Of a stretch of 64,000 nucleotides of DNA, positions 1-9,101 are shown one piece after another; position 1 is the first letter of the stretch; each line of letters starts with the position of its first letter. Below the pieces are notes generated by a model. That model did no database searches, had not been told where the DNA came from, and saw only the letters and a list, made by a program, of their open reading frames with translations. A program made the translations under genes and the position numbers. Source of the stretch: Candidatus Woesearchaeota archaeon (GTDB taxonomy: Archaea > Nanobdellota > Nanobdellia > Woesearchaeales > JABMPP01); the NCBI GenBank assembly GCA_018303405.1, contig JAGVYD010000014.1:9350-73349 (forward strand), given 5' to 3'.

Positions 1-1
1 T

Positions 2-565
2 GCAGATATTGCCAATGCGGTTCCGGGGAATTCAGCATTTTTCTTCCCGAGCTACAGCCTGCGGGACACTGTCGCCAAAATTTTTACCAGGCATTGCACC
101 AAAAAAATATTTTATGAGGACAGCAGGATGGACAAGGGGCAAAGGCAGGGCCTGCTGGAAAAATTCAAGAAGGAAAGCGTGAGCAAAGAGGGGGCGGTTT
201 TGCTCGGCACTGCGACAGGCTCGTTTGGCGAGGGAATAGACCTGCCAGGCGATTTCCTCAAGGCAGTGGTGGTGGTAGGCCTCCCGCTCAATCCGCCTGA
301 TGTCGAGACAAAGGCGTTGATTGACTATTACAACAAGAAATATGGGAAAGGGTTTGATTATGCATACACTTTCCCGGCCATAACAAAATGCATGCAAAGC
401 GCAGGGAGGTGCATAAGGAGCGAGACTGACAGGGGGATAATAGTCTTCCTGGATGAAAGGTTTGCCTTTCCGCACTATGCCAGGTGCTTCCCGCCCGACT
501 ATAATTTGAGGGTCACCAGCAGGTATATTGAGGAAATAAACAACTTCTTTAACATAAAAACATAA
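2..565 (+). CDS. XPD/Rad3/DinG-family ATP-dependent DNA helicase, C-terminal part (5' end outside window)
   Basis: Frame open from window start. Contains FFFPSY, GSFGEGIDLPG, VVVVGLP and QSAGRCIRSETDRG (SF2 helicase motifs IV-VI of XPD/DinG). Confidence 0.9.
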   Translation, partial: ADIANAVPGNSAFFFPSYSLRDTVAKIFTRHCTKKIFYEDSRMDKGQRQGLLEKFKKESVSKEGAVLLGTATGSFGEGIDLPGDFLKAVVVVGLPLNPPDVETKALIDYYNKKYGKGFDYAYTFPAITKCMQSAGRCIRSETDRGIIVFLDERFAFPHYARCFPPDYNLRVTSRYIEEINNFFNIKT

Positions 566-591
566 ATTATAAATATAGATTTATCCATATA

Positions 592-789
592 ATGGCCCAG
601 GTGTGCAAAGTGTCCAAAAAGAAAATATCCATAGTTATGGATAAAGATGTCTTTGAAGAGTTCAGGAAGTTCTGCGAAGCCAACAGCAGAGCTGGCCTCA
701 GCTCGCACGGAAGCAAGGGAGATATTCTTCGCCGTGCTCAGAAATCTCCCGAACTGAGAGCTAAACATTTTTGGATGGTTCTACAATGA
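592..789 (+). CDS. Chimeric ORF: diverged copy of the 5' half of the downstream RHH gene fused to a hairpin-rich insert
   Basis: KKKISIVMDKDVFEEFRKFCEAN matches the downstream KKKVSMTIDDDVFEEFRKYCEAN, then the sequence becomes unrelated. Stop overlaps the next ATG (ATGA). Confidence 0.4.
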   Translation: MAQVCKVSKKKISIVMDKDVFEEFRKFCEANSRAGLSSHGSKGDILRRAQKSPELRAKHFWMVLQ

Positions 790-941
790 AAAAGAAAGTT
801 TCCATGACAATAGACGATGACGTCTTTGAGGAATTCAGGAAGTACTGCGAAGCCAACGGCATGAAGATTTCCACAAAAGTCGAGGCAATGATGAAGGACA
901 CCATGAAAAACCTCAGCCTCGGGAAGTTTCTGAAGAAGTGA
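786..941 (+). CDS. Small CopG/ribbon-helix-helix DNA-binding protein (51 aa, not in ORF track)
   Basis: Hand translation MKKKVSMTIDDDVFEEFRKYCEANGMKISTKVEAMMKDTMKNLSLGKFLKK shows the RHH pattern (alternating beta strand, helix, G, S, helix). Confidence 0.75.
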   Translation: MKKKVSMTIDDDVFEEFRKYCEANGMKISTKVEAMMKDTMKNLSLGKFLKK

Positions 942-981
942 GAAAAAATGCTGAACACCTTGCTTGCATTATATTCACTGT

Positions 982-1122
982 CAGGAAACCATCAAATCGC
1001 CTGATGAACTAAGAACAAATGGCAAAAAGCATTATGCTGTAAAGAAGCTCAATGGCCACACCCTTAAAGTTGTATATGTAAAGGAAAAGGATATAAAGGT
1101 GATTACCTCTTTTTTCTTATAA
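982..1122 (+). pseudogene. 5'-truncated DUF4258-like (RelE/BrnT-fold) toxin gene remnant
   Basis: Hand translation QETIKSPDELRTNGKKHYAVKKLNGHTLKVVYVKEKDIKVITSFFL*. No in-frame ATG after the upstream stop. Stop overlaps the DUF2283 ATG (TAATG), the usual pairing. Confidence 0.6.
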
Positions 1123-1322
1123 TGAAAATAAGATATGATGCGGATGCTATGTACATAACACTGAGGGATGATAAAATAGACCACACTAAAGAGATAGATG
1201 AAAATACAATAGCTGATTTTAATAAAGAGGGCCAAGTCATAGGTGTAGAATTGCTTTTTGTCAGGGAAAGAAATCCAGATGTTTTGAAGGAGTTTCAAGT
1301 TCAAAACCTTATGCCGGCTTAG
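1122..1322 (+). CDS. DUF2283 domain protein (putative antitoxin)
   Basis: MKIRYDADAMYITL...IADFNKEGQVIGVELL is the DUF2283 pattern. Confidence 0.85.
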   Translation: MKIRYDADAMYITLRDDKIDHTKEIDENTIADFNKEGQVIGVELLFVRERNPDVLKEFQVQNLMPA

Positions 1323-1375
1323 CTTCTGTTCTTATTCCGAAAAATATTTAAGATGATGCCCAATATTCTTCCATT

Positions 1376-1735
1376 ATGCGCAGAAGTGGCTTTTTTGGCA
1401 GAAGGGGCGTTTCCCCGCTGATTGCAACTGTTGTTCTCATCGGCTTTGCCGTGTCGTTAGGCGCAGTCATAATGAGCTGGGGCAAGACAATCTTTGAAGA
1501 GGAGCCTACGGTTGAGATCCCGCCAGAGCAGTCCAACCTTGTCTGGTACATGGGTAGCAATATCGAAAATGTCTGCTATTCGGGCGAGTCCATCAAAATG
1601 ACGCTGAAGAGCGACCCGAAGATAAACATCAAGTCAATTTTTGTGGCTGCCAGACACAGCCATTATCACAAACTCGCCGCAGAGATGCAGCTAATTCTGT
1701 CTTTGACCACTAAAGAGAATAAATGGCAGGCTTAA
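1376..1735 (+). CDS. Archaeal type IV pilin/archaellin-like protein
   Basis: Class III signal peptide RRG|VSPLIATVVLIGFAVSLG. Confidence 0.75.
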   Translation: MRRSGFFGRRGVSPLIATVVLIGFAVSLGAVIMSWGKTIFEEEPTVEIPPEQSNLVWYMGSNIENVCYSGESIKMTLKSDPKINIKSIFVAARHSHYHKLAAEMQLILSLTTKENKWQA

Positions 1736-3117
1736 ATCATTGTCTTATGCTTTCTGTGCAGCCAGACAACCGAGAAATAGAGGAATACAACAGCCAAGAG
1801 GACAATGCCCAATGCCAGGAACAATGCCGGCAGGCCGAATTTATATGCAATATAGGCACCAATGGGCGCGGTTATGATGTATGGCACAGTGGACAATAGG
1901 CCAAGGCTGGAAAAATAGTTCTGCCGTTCCGTTTCGTGGAGCAGGTCATTTATGAGGAGGCCATGTGCAACCCCGGCTATGGCCCCGCCTATGACTCCGA
2001 CAATTGTCCCCATGGATATTGAGATTATGTTCGGGTTGTAATAATAGGTCAAAGGCATTATTGCCATGAATGTTGTGCCAAAGGCAAGCATCGGGAATTT
2101 GCCATATGCCCTTGCGTTAATCCTGGAAATCAGGGGGCCGAACAGGGATGTCAATGCAGCCACGGTAAATACCAATGCCACGCTCATGTAATTGCCCAGC
2201 CCGGGGTGGCTGGCATTCTGGAAAATGTAAATCCCAAAATAGGAATTGCCAAGGACCTGCACACTCGCAACAAGAATGCTTGATGTTATCATTATCGCTG
2301 TCAGCTTGTCCTTCATGAATGCCTGGAATGCAATTTTTATTTTTGCCAGGCCGCCATAAATATGGGGAAAAACGCTGTCGTGCTCGTGTGTCACATCCTG
2401 CTCTGGCCTGGCCAATGCGAAAATCAGGATGCCGAGCAAAAAAGCCAGGGCTGATATGCCCAGCACAAGGAAACTGTTGTTCAGGTGCATCCCTGAGATA
2501 GCCAGGTAAGGGATATTGTCAAGTGAAAAGCCGGTTATGATGAGGGCGGCGGCAGTGACTATCAGCCCGTATTTGGACAAGAACCGCATCACGGCATTGC
2601 CCGCAGACTTATCCCGCAGTTTCAGGTAAAAATCCCCAAAAATGGCAACCAATACGCCTGAAATCAGTATCAATGCGGAAAACGCCCAGTAATTCTTCAT
2701 CTCCAGGCTGACACCAAGCAGAATCATGGAGAGCGAAAACAAAATGCCTGCAATTATGGCGACCCTTTTATTGTAAGCGCTGTTCCTGTGGTAGCTCTGC
2801 ACCACGGTAGATGTGAAGACGCTGAGGAGGGTTTTCACGGCATTGATTATTCCAATCAGGAAAATCCCAGCCCCGCTCTGCAGGAAAAAAATGTTTATGA
2901 ATTGCTGCGATGAAAAGCCATAGCCAACTGTGTCAAAGAAATCCTTTGCGGCATACTTGCCTGCATTGGGGTCGCTTTTGGGCTTGGCTTTTTTGCCCAG
3001 CACATTGTCCAGCTCATTTTCCAGGAATCCCTTGGCGACATACTCTGACTTTATCACAGCAGGGTCTTCGCCTGCATTTACCCTCTTTTCAATCTCCTTC
3101 CGCGCCCCATCATCCAT
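1732..3117 (-). CDS. MFS transporter
   Basis: 461 aa with about 12 hydrophobic segments in a 6+6 arrangement. Confidence 0.75.
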   Translation of the reverse strand: MDDGARKEIEKRVNAGEDPAVIKSEYVAKGFLENELDNVLGKKAKPKSDPNAGKYAAKDFFDTVGYGFSSQQFINIFFLQSGAGIFLIGIINAVKTLLSVFTSTVVQSYHRNSAYNKRVAIIAGILFSLSMILLGVSLEMKNYWAFSALILISGVLVAIFGDFYLKLRDKSAGNAVMRFLSKYGLIVTAAALIITGFSLDNIPYLAISGMHLNNSFLVLGISALAFLLGILIFALARPEQDVTHEHDSVFPHIYGGLAKIKIAFQAFMKDKLTAIMITSSILVASVQVLGNSYFGIYIFQNASHPGLGNYMSVALVFTVAALTSLFGPLISRINARAYGKFPMLAFGTTFMAIMPLTYYYNPNIISISMGTIVGVIGGAIAGVAHGLLINDLLHETERQNYFSSLGLLSTVPYIITAPIGAYIAYKFGLPALFLALGIVLLAVVFLYFSVVWLHRKHKTMI

Positions 3118-3174
3118 GCCCTGAATGTCTCAAAATGTGTATATAAAGTTTTTTGTTTTAAGATGCAATTAGAA

Positions 3175-3690
3175 TCAGGATGTAAGGGAAGCGTTCTGGT
3201 AGTTTATCACGACTGGCTTGCCGTCCTGCATCAGCCTCGTTATCCGGGCATTTCCATTGCTGTCAACTTTAACAGCGACCTGCATGTTCCTTGTGCTGAA
3301 TTCAGCATTCCTTTCAAAGAAATATTGCTCAATCCCGTATTCCACCCGCATCGTGCTGCCCGAGACATAATTTACCTTGCCTGCGATAAAGGCCTTATCT
3401 TCCGGCTTTGCTGGTGAGCTTCCGGCATATCTCCAAACATGGTTTTCATCTTCCTCCAGCCATACATAGATATTGTCCCCGCTTTTCACGCCTTCGACAA
3501 AGGGGATTGACCCGATTTCATATGCAATTGTGATGTATTGCCCACGAAAAATGTCAAATGGGTCAACAGGCCTTGTGTCAAGAATGATTTCCTTGCCAAA
3601 CATTAAAGGCCATGTGAGAATAAGTATCATGATTGCCAGAACACCGAGAAGGACACAAAGTCCGATAATCAGCCTTGTTGTTTGCTTCAT
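3175..3690 (-). CDS. GDYXXLXY domain membrane-anchored protein
   Basis: N-terminal TM helix, PVDPFDIFRGQYITIAY and YGIEQYF motifs. Usual partner of DUF2157. Confidence 0.85.
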   Translation of the reverse strand: MKQTTRLIIGLCVLLGVLAIMILILTWPLMFGKEIILDTRPVDPFDIFRGQYITIAYEIGSIPFVEGVKSGDNIYVWLEEDENHVWRYAGSSPAKPEDKAFIAGKVNYVSGSTMRVEYGIEQYFFERNAEFSTRNMQVAVKVDSNGNARITRLMQDGKPVVINYQNASLTS

Positions 3691-3692
3691 AG

Positions 3693-5963
3693 CTATGCTC
3701 CCTGTTTAGGTGGTTGCGGGGATTCGACCGGGTTCTCATTCGCCAGGCCTGAATCACGTGGTTTGTCCATGTCTTTTATTTCACGGATGAGCTTTCTTCT
3801 CCATCTCTCAATAAACCAGCCACCGGCCAAAAGGATAATGCCACCAATTATGAAAATCAGGCTTAAGCTGAGGTATCCCCTGAGGTCCATCATAAATCCA
3901 ATATACCGTGTAATAATGAAAAGGGCAAAGAAGAATATTCCCAGGTTTACAAGTTTGGGCAGTCTCTGCCACGTGCCATAGAAAATAATCCCGAGGATTA
4001 CGCCAAGGAATACAAGGTTGGAAAAAATCCATATGACCCATAATGCAAAAGACATGCTGGAACGGCTCCATGCGCCATAATATTCCGCTTCCCAGCTGCA
4101 ATTCCTGTCCGAAGTGCATGTTGACCGGGTAGTTGAGCTGCGGCATTTATCCGACACAGTGTTGTATTCCTGCCTAATAGAAGAAATTGCCGCTCCGCCA
4201 TAAGTATCGGAACAATAACCCTTGCCCGGGCTAATTGCGGAGGTCGGGATAGTTTGAGTTTGTACACAGGACAAGATATTGCCGTGCCCGCTGCTGTCAG
4301 CGAAATTAACAGCCCCTTCAGCATCCTCGAAACTTAGATGTATGGCAAGGTCCTTTTTCAGGCTCTCATTTGTGAATGAATTGGAAAAGAGATCCAAGAC
4401 TTCCGAAGCAGTCAGCGCCCTTCCCCATATTGCAAAGTCATCTACAGAGCCTCTGAAAGCTCTGCCCTCTAAATCAATTTCATTTCCAATTACCACTCGC
4501 TCAGGTGTAGTGTTATATGCATAGCTGGGTGTCCTGGACCTGAATTTGCCATCCAGGTATAAAGTCGTTAGTGTTATTCCTGATTCATAGGTAACTGCCA
4601 CATGGTGCCACTGGTTATCTTTGTACTGCTGTGAGGATGCCATGGTGAACCAGTCTCTATTTTTATTCCAACCCAAAACACCGAATTGGCTTGAATCACA
4701 GGCTTCAATCTGGAAATTTTCACCATCTTTATTTGCGCCGAATCCGCCCAGCGTGCAGGGTGACGATTGATAACTTTCCGGGAATTTAAACCAAAGGGCT
4801 AAAGTCTTATCGCCAGTTGTGGGAAGGCCTGAGGGGGCTTCCTTGATCAAGTAGGATTTTCCTGTATTGGAAAATTCAAGAGCATAACCGAACTTGCCCC
4901 TTACAGACTTGCTGCACAAGGAGGAGGTGGTTGACTGTTGCTGTGCTGGCGCTGCATTAGGGTTGGTCCATTTGCACCCGCTGCCTTCGCATGCCCCTTG
5001 AGAGTCAATGTTGTAGCAGTTTTTTTGTACGCAGTCACCATTGCTGATATTGCGCCACTCACAGATGCTGGCCTGGCTGCATTCGTTTGCTCCATTATAT
5101 TCATAACAATTCACAGGCCTGCACTCCCCAATCTCATTTGACCCCAGCTTTGAAACTCCGATCACCGCGAGCAAAAGGACAACAATTCCCAGGAAGTAGT
5201 ATATTTCCCTCTGGTTTTGTCTATCGCTTTTTTTGGCCAGCATTACCCCAAGAATAAAGATGATTATCGCCACAATTGCGACCACTGTAAAAAACCCCAT
5301 GACGCCTCCCCCGGCGTCCATTCCTTCAATCCACAACACTGACAGGATCAGCTGAAAGCTTAAGAGGTAGGAATACAGCAAAAAATAGAACGCTGCCCAG
5401 AATTGATAAAGCCTGGCAAACGCGTGCTGCCTGTATTTATGCAGCAAATAAAGCCCGAAAAAAAAGACTCCGACTGCCAATAAAATGAAGGACAAATAGA
5501 CAAATGAAAATTCAAAGCCGTTGTCCATGAATGCAAAGTATTGCAGGCACAGCCAGACAAGGAACTCCACAAGGGCCAGGACAAGGTTAATCGCTGATGG
5601 AAGGATGTATGCAGTGAACAGTACACCGGCCCATGCCGGCAGGAATAGCCATGCAGTGCCCTGAAAAGAGACATCTGTGTGAAAAATCTGTGCTATCAGG
5701 AAAATGCTGGAGGTATACAGCAGGGCTCCGAGAACAAATAATGCTTTTGCGGTGCCCCCATATCCCTTTAGCCTGGCCATGACTCCGCTTGCAAATGCTG
5801 CGCATGTAAAAAAAACAAGGATAATAATTTTGACCGCTGAACTGAAGATATGCCAGTTTTGCGCAATTATCCATGCAACTCCTATAAAAATCAAGATTGA
5901 GCCGATTACTGCAACAATGGTGCCAAAAGACGCCATCCCTTTTTTGTTAACCACGTTAAGCAT
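3693..5963 (-). CDS. DUF2157 membrane protein with inserted Cys-rich repeats and LamG/concanavalin-like domain
   Basis: GSILIFIGVAWIIAQNW and IFLIAQIFH (DUF2157). NQWHHVAVTY, LYLDG and FRGSVDDFAIWGRAL (LamG). Confidence 0.8.
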   Translation of the reverse strand: MLNVVNKKGMASFGTIVAVIGSILIFIGVAWIIAQNWHIFSSAVKIIILVFFTCAAFASGVMARLKGYGGTAKALFVLGALLYTSSIFLIAQIFHTDVSFQGTAWLFLPAWAGVLFTAYILPSAINLVLALVEFLVWLCLQYFAFMDNGFEFSFVYLSFILLAVGVFFFGLYLLHKYRQHAFARLYQFWAAFYFLLYSYLLSFQLILSVLWIEGMDAGGGVMGFFTVVAIVAIIIFILGVMLAKKSDRQNQREIYYFLGIVVLLLAVIGVSKLGSNEIGECRPVNCYEYNGANECSQASICEWRNISNGDCVQKNCYNIDSQGACEGSGCKWTNPNAAPAQQQSTTSSLCSKSVRGKFGYALEFSNTGKSYLIKEAPSGLPTTGDKTLALWFKFPESYQSSPCTLGGFGANKDGENFQIEACDSSQFGVLGWNKNRDWFTMASSQQYKDNQWHHVAVTYESGITLTTLYLDGKFRSRTPSYAYNTTPERVVIGNEIDLEGRAFRGSVDDFAIWGRALTASEVLDLFSNSFTNESLKKDLAIHLSFEDAEGAVNFADSSGHGNILSCVQTQTIPTSAISPGKGYCSDTYGGAAISSIRQEYNTVSDKCRSSTTRSTCTSDRNCSWEAEYYGAWSRSSMSFALWVIWIFSNLVFLGVILGIIFYGTWQRLPKLVNLGIFFFALFIITRYIGFMMDLRGYLSLSLIFIIGGIILLAGGWFIERWRRKLIREIKDMDKPRDSGLANENPVESPQPPKQGA

Positions 5964-6009
5964 TGTGCGTCAAATAGGATATAAATATTTATCGGTCACC
6001 AAAAAAGCC

Positions 6010-7062
6010 CTAGACAAAAAAGAAAGCAATGGCAAGGATGGTATAAACAGCGATAAGCTGCACGCCCTCGAGCCAGTTCCCCCTTCCGTCTGTCACAAGA
6101 TAATTGAGGATCATGACAGTTGACAGCAATGCCGCAATTTCAAACAGGTTGAACACCAGCGAGAATTTGTGGTCAAAAAATGAGCTGACAAAAACCAGCA
6201 CAGGGACAACAAAAAGGCTGATCTGGTTGGCTGAGCTCGCCCCGATTTCAAGCGATATGTTTATCCTGTTTTTCAGGACCATTGTGATTGCAGCAATCAT
6301 TTCTGCAACGTTGGATATTACGCCGACAACCACTATTCCAATGAATATATGCCCCAGCCCCAATTTCTGGCTGAACGATGTCAGGTCATTCACAAGAATG
6401 TTGGCCATGAATGTGACTGCAATCGAAGAAAAGAACAGCACCCACAGCGATTTCCTTTTGCTCCACTCTCCCTCAATTTTGGAGATTATTATGTCTTCTG
6501 AGTAAAACAGGTATTTGTGGGTGTACAGTGAGAACAGGAGGCTGGCGATGTATATAAGCGCAAGCACAATTGAGACCAGGGTGCTGAGGAGTTGTGGATC
6601 GCTTCCGGTTGTGTACTTGTAAATAGTTGGCATGCTCAGGCCAGTCACGGCTATGACCAGCATTGTCCCGGATATGCCTGCTGATATGATATTGAATTTC
6701 TGCTCCTTGTACTTTAATCCGCCTATGAAAACGCTTAATCCGATTAGAAGGAGAATGTTAACCATGATGCTTCCCACAATTGACCCGCGGACAAGGTCCA
6801 GATAGCCCTGGGATATGGCAATAATGGACACTGACAGCTCGATGAAATTGCCAAAGGTTGCATTCAGGATTCCGGCGACTTTTGGATTGCTGTGTGCGGC
6901 AAGGTTCTCTGTTGCACGGCCAAGCATCCTGGCCAGGCCAACCAGTGCCAGTGTAGCCACAATAAATGCAAGGGTCCTGTAGTCAGAAAAATAATGTATT
7001 AAGATTGCTACAGGTATCAGCCATAACAATCCAGCCATGTATCGGTCAAATTTTCTGCCCAT
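6010..7062 (-). CDS. Ca2+/H+ antiporter (CAX/ChaA family)
   Basis: LNATFGNFIE, GSIVGSIMVNILL, SNVAE and GNWLEGVQL motifs. Confidence 0.9.
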   Translation of the reverse strand: MGRKFDRYMAGLLWLIPVAILIHYFSDYRTLAFIVATLALVGLARMLGRATENLAAHSNPKVAGILNATFGNFIELSVSIIAISQGYLDLVRGSIVGSIMVNILLLIGLSVFIGGLKYKEQKFNIISAGISGTMLVIAVTGLSMPTIYKYTTGSDPQLLSTLVSIVLALIYIASLLFSLYTHKYLFYSEDIIISKIEGEWSKRKSLWVLFFSSIAVTFMANILVNDLTSFSQKLGLGHIFIGIVVVGVISNVAEMIAAITMVLKNRINISLEIGASSANQISLFVVPVLVFVSSFFDHKFSLVFNLFEIAALLSTVMILNYLVTDGRGNWLEGVQLIAVYTILAIAFFFV

Positions 7063-7127
7063 GTTGCCTGCTAAGGGTATGCCTGCCTGAACAGATATAA
7101 ATTACTTGCTGTTTGGCAGCACGTGTG

Positions 7128-7142
7128 GAAAAGCTTATATAT
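7128..7142 (+). promoter_or_regulatory. BRE/TATA promoter for the tRNA-Lys locus
   Basis: gaaaagcttatatat, about 40 nt upstream of the first copy of the tRNA 5' end. Confidence 0.5.
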
Positions 7143-7180
7143 TGTTCACTTTACCTCTCAAAGCAGAAGAAGCTGCTATT

Positions 7181-7343
7181 ATGGGCTCCTAGCTCAGCCA
7201 TGGCAACTGAACTCTCGGTTGACAAGCGAGGCGTGTAAATGGGATTTTCACTTTGCTCAAATCCCATGAACTCACCGAGAATATCCATGAGCTGAAATGA
7301 ACAGCCGCAGAAAAGACAATCACAATGGGCTCCTAGCTCAGCC
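7181..7343 (+). repeat. 19-bp direct repeat of the tRNA-Lys 5' end flanking a 125-bp hairpin insert
   Basis: atgggctcctagctcagcc at 7181-7199 and 7325-7343. Internal inverted pairs tctcggt/accgaga and atgggattt/aaatcccat. Confidence 0.9.
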
Positions 7344-7422
7344 TGGTCAGAGCGATTGGCTCTTATGCATGGAGAAGTGCAAGGAAACCAATAGGTCGGG
7401 GGTTCGAATCCCCCGGGGCCCA
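7327..7422 (+). tRNA. tRNA-Lys(CTT) with canonical 37/38 intron (about 7366-7386)
   Basis: Acceptor GGGCTCC/GGGGCCC, D stem GCTC/GAGC, anticodon stem ATTGG/CCAAT with CT-CTT-A, T arm GGGGG-TTCGAAT-CCCCC. Confidence 0.92.
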
Positions 7423-7525
7423 TGACATTTTAATAAAATCATATAGCGAATACCCGCAGACCTATCTGCGCGATAAAGCCCGCCGTTTCCTTGCAATGTT
7501 TATGCAAGAGAAAGGAACTGGACAA

Positions 7526-8341
7526 TTAATTATCCAGCGGACTTTTTATTTTGATCATTTTTGGCCTTACGGCATGAGTGTATCCTAAGGTTGTTTCCGG
7601 AGTTACATGACCAAGCAGGGATTGTACTGTGGCCACATCTTGTCCAGACTCTAGCAGGTGTGTTGCGAATGAGTGTCTGAAAATATGCGGATGGACATGT
7701 TTTCGGATTTTTGCTTTATGGCCTGCCTTTTCCACTATCATTTGTACGGATTTTGTTGTTAATGCACCTTTTCTTCCTGGAAATAACCATAACTTTTCGT
7801 GCCCACACCCTCTTTTCAGTTCTTCCACTATTCTTTGTGGTATGATGAATGGCCTGTCCTTATTTCCTTTTCCTCCCCTTACCCATCCAATGTTTTCTTC
7901 AAATGAGAAATCATTTATCCTTAACTGTGTAACTTCTCTTACACGTAGCCCTGCACCGTACATTAATGAGACCAATAATTTATGTTTTGGATTTTCTATG
8001 ACATTCAGTATTTTTTGGACTTCTTCTTTTGTCAGGTATTCTGGCTTTCTTACAGGGGTCTTGGCATATCTTATCTTTAGATAGCATGCCTTATGCAGTA
8101 TGTCTATCATCATGAATCTGAGTGCATTATGTGCCACATTTAGTGTACTTCCTGATGCCCCTCTTTCTTCCATCTTGTAAAGGAATTCTCGCACATCTTT
8201 TTTGGAAAATGCTCTTATTTCCCTGTCCTTATTTGCTAATAAGAATAATTTCACATATTGCATATATGTCTTGACCGTTCTTGGAGATAACTTCCTGCGT
8301 AGCATCTCTCTCTTCATATTATAGAGTATGTCAATAGTCAT
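7526..8341 (-). CDS. Tyrosine recombinase/integrase (XerC/D or integron-integrase-like)
   Basis: SPRTVKTY N-terminal domain; GLRVRE, GGKGNKDR, HIFRHSFATH, LLGH and TTLGYTH (R-K-H-R-H-Y catalytic set). Confidence 0.93.
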   Translation of the reverse strand: MTIDILYNMKREMLRRKLSPRTVKTYMQYVKLFLLANKDREIRAFSKKDVREFLYKMEERGASGSTLNVAHNALRFMMIDILHKACYLKIRYAKTPVRKPEYLTKEEVQKILNVIENPKHKLLVSLMYGAGLRVREVTQLRINDFSFEENIGWVRGGKGNKDRPFIIPQRIVEELKRGCGHEKLWLFPGRKGALTTKSVQMIVEKAGHKAKIRKHVHPHIFRHSFATHLLESGQDVATVQSLLGHVTPETTLGYTHAVRPKMIKIKSPLDN

Positions 8342-8535
8342 TTCCCCGGGAAATGCTCTCCTCTTAAAATGTGTAATCCTAAAAAATTCGGAGAATTTCC
8401 GCCCAATCCCGTAAAATCAGTCTTCACCACCCTCAAAAGAGCACACTTTTTCCTCACCAATCCCTTAAATTCTGCCTTCCCAAGCCCCATAACCCCATAA
8501 TCCTGCCTTCTTCGCATATATAGTGTTATACGCAA

Positions 8536-8989
8536 TTCAAAAAATATTTTTCTAGATTAATCGAAAGATTTATTTATTCCTATTTTAAATATCAATGTAT
8601 GGCTTCAACTAAACCAAAAACTTCATCTATAGATAAGTACATTTCACAATTTCCAAAAGAGATTCAAAGGGTTTTAGAAAAGCTTAGGCAAACAATCAAA
8701 AAATCGGCTCCAAAATCTGAAGAAACAATGAGCTATGGTATACCGACTTTTGATATGAACGGGAAGCATTTGGTTCATTTTGCTGCATTTAAAAAGCACA
8801 TTGGCTTCTATCCAACTCCTTCTGGCATAATCAAGTTCCAGAAAAAAATGTCAGATTATGAAACCGCAAAAGGCTCTGTGAAATTTCCTCTGGATAAGCC
8901 TATCCCATTTGATTTAGTAAAGGAAATTGTGAAATTCAGAGTTGAAGAAAATAAATCTAAATAAGGTTTAACGAAAAATATTTTTTGAA
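8536..8989. repeat. Perfect 17-bp inverted repeat framing the DUF1801 gene
   Basis: ttcaaaaaatatttttc (8536-8552) / gaaaaatattttttgaa (8973-8989). Confidence 0.9.
8599..8964 (+). CDS. DUF1801/YdhG-like protein
   Basis: IDKYISQFP, EETMSYGIPTF, HFAAFKKHIGFYP and KGSVKFPLDKPIPFDLV. Confidence 0.9.
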   Translation: MASTKPKTSSIDKYISQFPKEIQRVLEKLRQTIKKSAPKSEETMSYGIPTFDMNGKHLVHFAAFKKHIGFYPTPSGIIKFQKKMSDYETAKGSVKFPLDKPIPFDLVKEIVKFRVEENKSK

Positions 8990-9101
8990 CTCACTCCGCT
9001 ACGCTCCGTGCCGCGCTGCGCTCTCCTCCTTTCAGTCGTCGGGGCTTATAACAGCGGTTAATTGCAATGATGGCATTTGTAGTAAAAGTATATGGTTAAT
9101 T

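Noticed and set aside
7181-7343. CRISPR mini-array (also 58424-58588)
   Set aside because: Only two repeats, spacers over 110 bp, repeats are host gene sequence, and no cas genes are present.
8338-8535. 65-aa ORF upstream of the integrase
   Set aside because: Overlaps the putative attI/promoter region and has no recognisable motif.
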